NCBI GenBank assembly: GCA_017445205.1
Contig: JAFSUP010000023.1
Span: forward strand, 1 to 59,319
DNA from: Synergistaceae bacterium
Lineage (GTDB): Bacteria; Synergistota; Synergistia; Synergistales; Aminobacteriaceae
Direction: 5' to 3'
DNA length: 59,319 nucleotides
In this document: positions 52,629-59,319 of the stretch, piece after piece
Layout: the number at the start of each line of letters is the position of its first letter
How positions within the stretch are numbered: position 1 is the first letter of the stretch
Notes under the pieces: model-generated
Told to the model about the DNA's origin: nothing
Seen by the model: only the letters and a program-made list of their open reading frames with translations
Database searches by the model: none
Translations under genes and position numbers: made by a program

Positions 52629-54224
52629 TTATCTGTAGAGTAATTCTTCGCCGCTTGGATAACTCAATTTATAATCTACGATAATCGGAACTGTCGCGCC
52701 GGCCGGGACAGTAATTTCCCAAGTGAGTCTGTTCTCTGTGTCGCGCTCTTTCTCTTTTGGGTCAATGCGATTGACTTCGAGTTTAATTTTTTCGTCCGTC
52801 GGAATCGGTAAACGATCCTTGACTGTGATAACGCGTTCGGACTTTGTACCGTTTGTAATTTCGAGTTTATAGCCGCTCGTGAAAACTCCACTGAACCATG
52901 AAACGCCCGTTTTCTCAACTAAGGCTTCTTTCTTGACCGTGATAGCGTCGGCGTAACCGAAAGGAACTTGTTTTTGAGTTTCATATTCGCCGATTGAAAT
53001 TTTTCCTGTCGTCTCGCCATCGACGCGAAGCTCTGCCGTAGCCGGGATTAATTTGTCGTTGCTCTCGTCCATGCTCACAATTATCCAAGCGTTATTGCGC
53101 TGCTCAGGGATCAACATTATAAGAAGCTCGCCTTTCAAGTTAATGGTGGTCATATAAATTTCAAGCTCACGTTCTGAACCGTCGCCGGGCAATTCGCCCT
53201 CAGCGTCTATAGTTCTGTCGGCCAAGGTCTCTTTTACAGATTGCACTCTCTTTGCCTCCGGTGCTGCGCCGAAGTCTTCATCTTCTTCAAAGGCCGCTGT
53301 GTCCGCCATCATCATAGGCATCGCTCGCGCTGATTCAAACATTCTGTTGTTTCGTGAATAACTGACCGAGCCGACGGTAGCAAGTTTTTCTTCTTTGGGT
53401 TTAATTCCGACTTTCAAAGGATTCAAAACCGGATTCACGATTCGTTCATCTGGAGTTTTAGTGTGAAGAATGATGTCGCCATCTTTGAAGTCAAGTCCAG
53501 TTCTCTGTGAAGCTCTGACGTAAAGATCTGTGCCAATTTTTCCGCTCGTCGTGCTTAGGTCAAGAACGTATCTTGGCTGCCACCATGCCGCCGACGTGAA
53601 CGCCGTGAACTCCACAGTGTTTGACGCTTTGCCCGAAACGACTATAAACGACGTGTCGCCACTTGGCCTTCGGGAATTTAATTCGGAGTTTATGGCCTTG
53701 AGTTTTGCCTGCGCCCTCGTGATTTCAGATTTAATATTAATGAGTTCGTTCTCCGTGTCGAGCCTCAAAGTTTGCGTATCTTTAATGTAACTCAAGAGTT
53801 CGCCCGGATTAGATTTTTCCGGTTTAACTTCGCTCAACATTTCGAGAGTTTGTTCAAGAGCTGCGCGCTGCGCTTTGAATTTTTCGATTTTGTTTTCAAG
53901 TTCTTCGGCTTGAGATTTCATTGGAGCGAGCCACGAAGGAATCCAACGTTCCCGCGAGAAAGTTTCGACTCGAATGTCGCCTTCAATGTACTCAGGGTCT
54001 AATGCTCTGATCGAATCCGCATTGAACGACCCCGGCAACACCGCTTTGAAATTTCCATCTTTGTCGGCCGGTTCAACTTTGAAAGAAAATTTTGCTCCGC
54101 TTGGATAAAAATCAATTGCTGTAATCGTGTCAGTGTAATTTTCTGGTGCTTCGATTGCTTCTGAAAAGTTCGCATTCAAAAAAACAAACGCAAATAATAA
54201 AATTAAAAAAGTAAATGCCTTCAT
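52629..54224 (-). CDS. DUF4139 / MuiA-family secreted protein
   Basis: The ATG at 54224 follows an AAGGAG RBS and is followed by a signal peptide. A coiled-coil segment and AAWWQPRYVLDL...ASQRTGLDF are present. Confidence 0.5.
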   Translation of the reverse strand: MKAFTFLILLFAFVFLNANFSEAIEAPENYTDTITAIDFYPSGAKFSFKVEPADKDGNFKAVLPGSFNADSIRALDPEYIEGDIRVETFSRERWIPSWLAPMKSQAEELENKIEKFKAQRAALEQTLEMLSEVKPEKSNPGELLSYIKDTQTLRLDTENELINIKSEITRAQAKLKAINSELNSRRPSGDTSFIVVSGKASNTVEFTAFTSAAWWQPRYVLDLSTTSGKIGTDLYVRASQRTGLDFKDGDIILHTKTPDERIVNPVLNPLKVGIKPKEEKLATVGSVSYSRNNRMFESARAMPMMMADTAAFEEDEDFGAAPEAKRVQSVKETLADRTIDAEGELPGDGSERELEIYMTTINLKGELLIMLIPEQRNNAWIIVSMDESNDKLIPATAELRVDGETTGKISIGEYETQKQVPFGYADAITVKKEALVEKTGVSWFSGVFTSGYKLEITNGTKSERVITVKDRLPIPTDEKIKLEVNRIDPKEKERDTENRLTWEITVPAGATVPIIVDYKLSYPSGEELLYR

Positions 54225-54556
54225 AAAAATTTGCTCCTTCCTTTCTTCTTTCATAAACATAGCTTGAAAATGAAATTTTAATCTTTAATCCCTCGTTGCC
54301 TTAATTATAGTGTATAATCAAAAATATTTTGCGTCTGCCCAAAATTTAACATATGAATTAAAAATAAAATCGCGGGTGTAGAATTAGCTTGGTAAAAAAT
54401 AGAAAGGGCGAAAGAGAATTTTATGACCGGCCAGCCATTCAAGGACGAAGGTTGAGAGGGCCGGCTTTCCAGCACCACATCAATAAAATTAAAAATTATG
54501 AAGCATATCGACGGAGCGAGAAAAATAAATTATCTGAGCGGGAGGCCTATTATTTA

Positions 54557-54904
54557 ATGGAGCGTCTTTTAATAGATTTTTCACAAGTATATGGACAAAA
54601 CGGAACACGAGAGGCATCAAGAAGCGTTTATAACACACACGCATCGCCGCTCAAAGGGCAAGATAAGACACAGGAAGCTCCGCGAGTTTCTTTCGAGGAT
54701 ATGCTTTCAAACTCGATTAAAAATGTAAACAATCTCCAACTAGAAGCAGAGAAAAAAGTTCGTGACATGGCTATCGGCGACGTAGATGATATTTCTGAAG
54801 TCGTTCTTGCGTCATCGAGAGCCGACACTGCGCTACGCTTAGTCATGGAAATGCGAAATAAATTTCTTGACGCTTATCAGGCATTGTCGCGAATTACGGG
54901 CTAA
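54557..54904 (+). CDS. fliE: flagellar hook-basal body complex protein FliE
   Basis: The C-terminus reads FEDMLSNSI...DISEVVLASSRADTALRLVMEMRNKFLDAYQ. A GGGAGG RBS precedes the ATG at 54557. Confidence 0.75.
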   Translation: MERLLIDFSQVYGQNGTREASRSVYNTHASPLKGQDKTQEAPRVSFEDMLSNSIKNVNNLQLEAEKKVRDMAIGDVDDISEVVLASSRADTALRLVMEMRNKFLDAYQALSRITG

Positions 54905-54922
54905 AATTAAAATTAGAACATC

Positions 54923-56500
54923 ATGGACAGCATAAGACGCTGGTGGGCCGCCTTCCTAAATTTCTGGGCTTCGTTAAAACTATGGCAGAGAGCGTCAATA
55001 ATTTTAGCGGTACTTTTTGTTTTCGGGGGCCTCGGAGCTTTAATTTTTATGACGGGCACCACCAATTACGAACCCTTATACGCCGGTCTTGAAGTTGACG
55101 ATCAGGCTGCTATTGTAGATTATCTGAAGGAAAACAACCTGCCTTATAGACTTGACCCAAAAGCAAACGCAATCTTAATGCCCGGGGGCGCCGTTTATGA
55201 AACTCGATTGACCCTCGCACAAATGGGACTTCCAAAGGGCGGCACGACAGGCTTTGAAATTTTCGACGATTCTAAGATGGGCATGAGCGAATTTCAGCAG
55301 CGCATAGCCTACATGAGAGCTATTGAAGGCGAATTAGCGCGAACGATTTCGCAAATGGCTCCCGTCGAGAACGCGCGCGTTAGTGTCGTTATTCCCGAAC
55401 AAAGATTATTTCTTGAGCAGCAGAAGCCTTCGACCGCTTCGGTCTTGTTGAGATTGAGACAAGGCGCTACGATTGGGCCGACGCAAGTTAAATCGATAAT
55501 TCACTTGGTCGCGCATAGCGTTGACGGCCTCACACCTGATTCAGTTACGGTCGTCGATACGAACGGGCGAATTTTATCCGACATGATTTCGGACTCAATG
55601 ATTATGTATAACCCTGACGGCACGAACTCCGTTACGTCTGTTCAGCGTGAGCTAGAACGGCAACATGAACACGAATTAGAAAATAAAGTCCGCGCTATGC
55701 TCGAACAAGTTTTCGGGCCCGGCACAGTTGTCGTAAGAGTCAAAATAGATTTAGACTTCGACAAAAAGACAAGTTCATACGTGGAGTACACGCCCAACCC
55801 CGAAACAGGCACCGGCGTTCCTCGAAGTAATGAACGTCAAGAAGAAAGTTACACGGGCCAAGGCAATCCTGTCAACGGCAACCCGGGCACTACTACGAAC
55901 ATTCCCGGCTATGCGATAAACTCAACTACGGTTGAAAGCGAATATAACCGTTCAAACGCCACGACTAACTACGAAATCAGCACGCGCAAAGGCGATCAAG
56001 TCGTAACGCCCGGCGGCGTTCGTAGATTGTCGGCTTCAGTCTTGATTGACGACAGAAACAATAACATCTCCGAAGAAAGATTAGAGGCTTTACAAGAAGT
56101 AATTTCGTCCGCGATTGGCTTTAACAGAGAACGCGGCGACAGTCTTGTCGTTCACGCGATGAGATTTTCAACGGCGTTCGCGGATTCAATGGCCGAACAA
56201 CTGCGACAAGATCGAATGTGGAAATTAATTTACGGGTCTATAGCGGCGTTCATCGTGTTATTGATTTTGGCGATAGCGTTCTATGTCTGGGTAAGAATGA
56301 AACGCGCGAAACTTGCGATTCAGGAAATCGAAGCCGAGGGCAAGAAAGTTCCGACGATTCAAGAGATGCTCACTTCGCCTGACCTACTCGCGTTCCAAGG
56401 TGAAATGGCCGTCCTTGAAGAGCAGCTTAAGGCTTACGCTAAGAGCCACCCTGATGAAATCGCGACGCTTGTCAACGAATGGTTATCTGCTGATAGTTAA
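54923..56500 (+). CDS. fliF: flagellar M-ring protein FliF
   Basis: YscJ/FliF family sequence (YRLDP...LPKGG, EGELARTI) with a C-terminal TM helix. Confidence 0.9.
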   Translation: MDSIRRWWAAFLNFWASLKLWQRASIILAVLFVFGGLGALIFMTGTTNYEPLYAGLEVDDQAAIVDYLKENNLPYRLDPKANAILMPGGAVYETRLTLAQMGLPKGGTTGFEIFDDSKMGMSEFQQRIAYMRAIEGELARTISQMAPVENARVSVVIPEQRLFLEQQKPSTASVLLRLRQGATIGPTQVKSIIHLVAHSVDGLTPDSVTVVDTNGRILSDMISDSMIMYNPDGTNSVTSVQRELERQHEHELENKVRAMLEQVFGPGTVVVRVKIDLDFDKKTSSYVEYTPNPETGTGVPRSNERQEESYTGQGNPVNGNPGTTTNIPGYAINSTTVESEYNRSNATTNYEISTRKGDQVVTPGGVRRLSASVLIDDRNNNISEERLEALQEVISSAIGFNRERGDSLVVHAMRFSTAFADSMAEQLRQDRMWKLIYGSIAAFIVLLILAIAFYVWVRMKRAKLAIQEIEAEGKKVPTIQEMLTSPDLLAFQGEMAVLEEQLKAYAKSHPDEIATLVNEWLSADS

Positions 56501-56538
56501 AGCCAAATGTAAGAGCGAAGGGAGTGGAGTTTTAGGAA

Positions 56539-57570
56539 ATGCCTAGGAATGACGAAAAGAGCGGCGACACTAAAGGACTGACGGGCAGAGAAAAAACGGC
56601 GGTCTTGATGGTGTCGCTTGGGAGCGATGTAGCTCCTGAAGTTTATAAACGCCTAGATGATTCTACAATCGAGTTAATCACACTTGAAATAGCAAATTTA
56701 AGAAAAGTATCGCCAGATGTAAAACTCACGGTACTGAAAGAAGCGCAAGAAATTTTAATGGCCCGTGAGTTTATGGCGCGTGGAGGTGTTGAATATGCCA
56801 GAGACGTTCTTGAAAAAGCTCTTGGCCCGGAGAGAGCTGCCTCACTGCTTGCACGAATTACAGCAAGCTTACAGGTCAAGCCGTTCGATTTCATGAGACA
56901 TACAGACGCAGGCCAGATTCTTGGCTTCATTCAGAACGAACACCCGCAGACTATCGCGTTAATTTTGTCTTATCTCGAACCGCCGCAAGCCGCTATGATT
57001 TTAGGAGGTTTGCCGCCGATTCTTCAGGCTGACGTAACAAAACGTATAGCCAACATGGACAGAATTACGCCGGAAGTTTTGAGGGAGGTTGAAAGAGTGC
57101 TTGAACGAAAATTGAGCAGCGTTATGGGACAAGATTTCACCGTCGCAGGAGGTATCGACGCCGTTGTCGCTATCGTCAACAGCACCGACAGAGCTACGGA
57201 ACGCAACATTATGGAATATCTTGAAGAGAACGACCCCGAACTCGCTGAAGAAATTAAAAAACGTCTATTCGTGTTCGAAGACTCTATGCGTCTCGACGAC
57301 AGATCTTTACAGCGCGTGTTGCGTGAAGTCGATATGAAGGAGCTTAGCCTCGCTCTCAAAGGCGCGACGGAAGACCTTAAAACGAAATACCTCAAAAACA
57401 TGTCGAAACGTGCGGCTGAAATGTTGCAAGAAGATATGGATTTCATGGGGCCGGTGCGCGTAAAAGATGTCGAAGAAGCTCAGCAGAAAGTTGTAAACAT
57501 AATCCGCGGCTTAGAAGAACAAGGCGAAATCGTCATTGCGTCCGGCGGAGGAGACGATATGATTGTCTAG
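56539..57570 (+). CDS. fliG: flagellar motor switch protein FliG
   Basis: EHPQTIALILSYL and MSKRAAEMLQEDM motifs. Confidence 0.9.
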   Translation: MPRNDEKSGDTKGLTGREKTAVLMVSLGSDVAPEVYKRLDDSTIELITLEIANLRKVSPDVKLTVLKEAQEILMAREFMARGGVEYARDVLEKALGPERAASLLARITASLQVKPFDFMRHTDAGQILGFIQNEHPQTIALILSYLEPPQAAMILGGLPPILQADVTKRIANMDRITPEVLREVERVLERKLSSVMGQDFTVAGGIDAVVAIVNSTDRATERNIMEYLEENDPELAEEIKKRLFVFEDSMRLDDRSLQRVLREVDMKELSLALKGATEDLKTKYLKNMSKRAAEMLQEDMDFMGPVRVKDVEEAQQKVVNIIRGLEEQGEIVIASGGGDDMIV

Positions 57571-58507
57571 CGGTCTTGCTCATCAGCGCGTGCTGCGGAC
57601 GGTTCGACTTTTGCCGCAAGCCGTCAAGATTGGCATTCTTGAAAGCGAGATTAAGCAGGCCGGTTCGCTACAGTCCGAACAAAAACAGACTGCACCGGAA
57701 CGAAAGCCAACACCGCGGCCGCCCGCTCAAAAAGTTCAGGTGAAAATCCCGGAGAGAAACTCAAAGGAGATCGAAGAGCTTACCGCGCAAGTTAAAGCCT
57801 TGACGAACAGTCTAAGTAATGCCGAAGTCGAAAACGCCGAACTCACTGAAGCAAAAAAGAAACTTGAAAGTGAAATCGGCGGAATTAAATCTGACTATGA
57901 GAAGCGCAGAAGGACTCTCGAATCTGAAGCTCAGGCTAATGCAAAAAAAATTGCCGACAAAGCACGCGAGCAAGCGATTTCTGAAGGTCAGGTAAAAGGC
58001 TACGAAGAGGGACTTCAAAAGGCACGCGCCGAAGTTGAGCAGGAATATTTAGAAAAATTTTCAGCCCTCGCAGGGGTCATTGAGAACGTCGGGAAGAAAC
58101 TTGACGAAAATTTTGCAGAACTCGTTCAACTTCATCAGCCGCAAATGATCCGAATGTGGACAAGAATGTTAGAGCGAATGCTTCATCGTCAAGTTGAATT
58201 AAATCCAGACACTATAGATTCTGTTCTTTCGGAACTGTTATCAAGATTGAGCGACAAAAATCAAATTTTAATTTACGTCTCTCCCGATGACTTGAAACAC
58301 GTCGAAGGCGAACTTGATACAAAATTTCATGAAGCGTTGCGCGGTGCTAAACGTGTCGAACTAAAAGCCGATCCGAACGTTCAAAACGGAAGTTGCATTG
58401 TCGAAACGTCGCTAGGAGTTTATGACGCGCGATGGAAAACTCAAATGGCTCAAATTGAATCCGTCGTTGATGAAATTTTCCAGCAGTCCTCAAAGGTAGA
58501 AAAATAA
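57563..58507 (+). CDS. fliH: flagellar assembly protein FliH
   Basis: Charged coiled-coil region plus a FliH C-terminal domain, positioned between fliG and fliI. The start codon is uncertain. Confidence 0.7.
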   Translation: MSSGLAHQRVLRTVRLLPQAVKIGILESEIKQAGSLQSEQKQTAPERKPTPRPPAQKVQVKIPERNSKEIEELTAQVKALTNSLSNAEVENAELTEAKKKLESEIGGIKSDYEKRRRTLESEAQANAKKIADKAREQAISEGQVKGYEEGLQKARAEVEQEYLEKFSALAGVIENVGKKLDENFAELVQLHQPQMIRMWTRMLERMLHRQVELNPDTIDSVLSELLSRLSDKNQILIYVSPDDLKHVEGELDTKFHEALRGAKRVELKADPNVQNGSCIVETSLGVYDARWKTQMAQIESVVDEIFQQSSKVEK

Positions 58508-58509
58508 TC

Positions 58510-59319
58510 ATGAACGATTTAGAAGACGTAGATTTATTTCAATTATTCTCGGTCGATTTACTTCAGAAGCCATTAATAAAAGTCAACGGGCGAATTGTTC
58601 AAGTTGTCGGACTTGTCGCAGAGTCGCAAGGCCCTGACGTTCGAGTAGGCGACTTGTGCCATATTTGTTTTCGCGACGGCTCGCACGAACTTGACGCCGA
58701 AGTCGTTGGCTTTCGTGAAGACCGCGTGCTATTGATGCCGCTTGGAGCTTTGCAGGAAGTCGGGCCCGGCTGTGATGTCGTTTCGTCTAACAGGCCCCTC
58801 GAAGTCCCTGTAGGCAATGCGCTTTTAGGACGAATCCTTGACGGTCTTGGGAATCCGATTGACGATAAAGGCCCTGTGGTAGCGAGCGATTTTTATCCGT
58901 TGTATGCAACGCCGCCGCACCCGTTGCGTCGAAAGATGGTTGACACTCCGCTGTCTGTCGGTGTTCGTGTCGTTGACGGAATGTTGACGCTTGGCAAAGG
59001 TCAACGAATAGGAATTTTTGCAGGCTCGGGCGTCGGCAAGAGTACGTTATTAGGAATGATGGCGCGCTACACGACGGCAGACGTAAACGTAATTTCGTTA
59101 GTCGGCGAACGTGGGCGCGAAGTTCGGGAATTTATTGAGCGCGATTTAGGCCCTGAAGGTCTGAAGCGTTCCGTTCTCGTTATAGCGACGTCGGATCAGC
59201 CCGCGTTAATCAAAATTAAATCCGCAATGACTGCGACAGCGATAGCCGAATATTTTCGCGACCAAGGCAAAGACGTTTTATTAATGATGGACACGGTAAC
59301 GCGTGTAGCACTTGCGCAG
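58510..59319 (+). CDS. fliI: flagellum-specific ATPase FliI, 3' partial
   Basis: Hand translation gives MNDLEDV...GRILDGLGNPID...GIFAGSGVGKSTLLGMM...SLVGERGREV. The frame stays open to the window end. This ORF is absent from the track because it has no stop. Confidence 0.9.
   Translation, partial: MNDLEDVDLFQLFSVDLLQKPLIKVNGRIVQVVGLVAESQGPDVRVGDLCHICFRDGSHELDAEVVGFREDRVLLMPLGALQEVGPGCDVVSSNRPLEVPVGNALLGRILDGLGNPIDDKGPVVASDFYPLYATPPHPLRRKMVDTPLSVGVRVVDGMLTLGKGQRIGIFAGSGVGKSTLLGMMARYTTADVNVISLVGERGREVREFIERDLGPEGLKRSVLVIATSDQPALIKIKSAMTATAIAEYFRDQGKDVLLMMDTVTRVALAQ

Noticed and set aside
54389-54556. N-terminal 56-aa extension of the fliE ORF (TTG start)
   Set aside because: It is highly basic and unlike FliE, and it has no RBS. 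The ATG at 54557 has a GGGAGG RBS and gives a normal-length FliE.
54261-54556. Possible c-di-GMP or other known riboswitch upstream of the flagellar operon
   Set aside because: I could not align the region to the GEMM-I/II consensus features I remember, such as the tetraloop-receptor arrangement and conserved ACGCA/CCGGC blocks. It needs an Infernal scan before any claim.
56643-57446. Two antisense ORFs (95 and 140 aa) inside fliG
   Set aside because: They lie opposite an unambiguous FliG frame. Both are Ser/Arg-rich, and neither has a start context.

Overview
This is a 59.3-kb chromosomal window from a flagellated, diderm-type anaerobe. It carries an Rnf complex, an LptF/G permease, a YjbH plus Wza-like export pair and a TAXI-TRAP transporter. 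The gene content is reminiscent of Synergistota, but that is inference only. Most of the window is housekeeping: rnfCDGEAB, purB, miaB, bioY-bioBDA, ftsH, gmk, cmk, plsC, trpS and fliEFGHI. Several transporters and a few accessory islets are interspersed.

The strongest candidate for an undescribed system is a compact cassette at 38.06-39.88 kb. It holds a radical-SAM enzyme interrupted at a G8 tract, with the C-terminal Cys ligands of a canonical SPASM domain largely absent. A PqqD-like chaperone follows, then two divergent paralogous Cys-free precursor-like peptides. One of these is a 55-aa ORF missing from the supplied track.

Other notable items:
- A 649-aa protein joins a Gly-rich beta-helix-like repeat module to a flagellin C-terminal domain but has no flagellin N-terminus. 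It sits next to an integrase-less RepA-type element remnant.
- A dispersed sense-strand heptad repeat (KTAGGAR)n occurs right after stop codons at six loci.
- A (GGGT)4-type G-quadruplex motif forms the loop of a GC hairpin upstream of purB.
- An orphan four-gene islet is driven by two copies of a 61-bp cassette with a consensus promoter.
- One polypeptide fuses a TctC-type binding protein to a CitMHS-type permease.

Two genes (bioY and the radical-SAM gene) are frameshifted at homopolymers. Assembly indel error must therefore be excluded before any biological reading. No CRISPR array, rRNA or transposase was seen.
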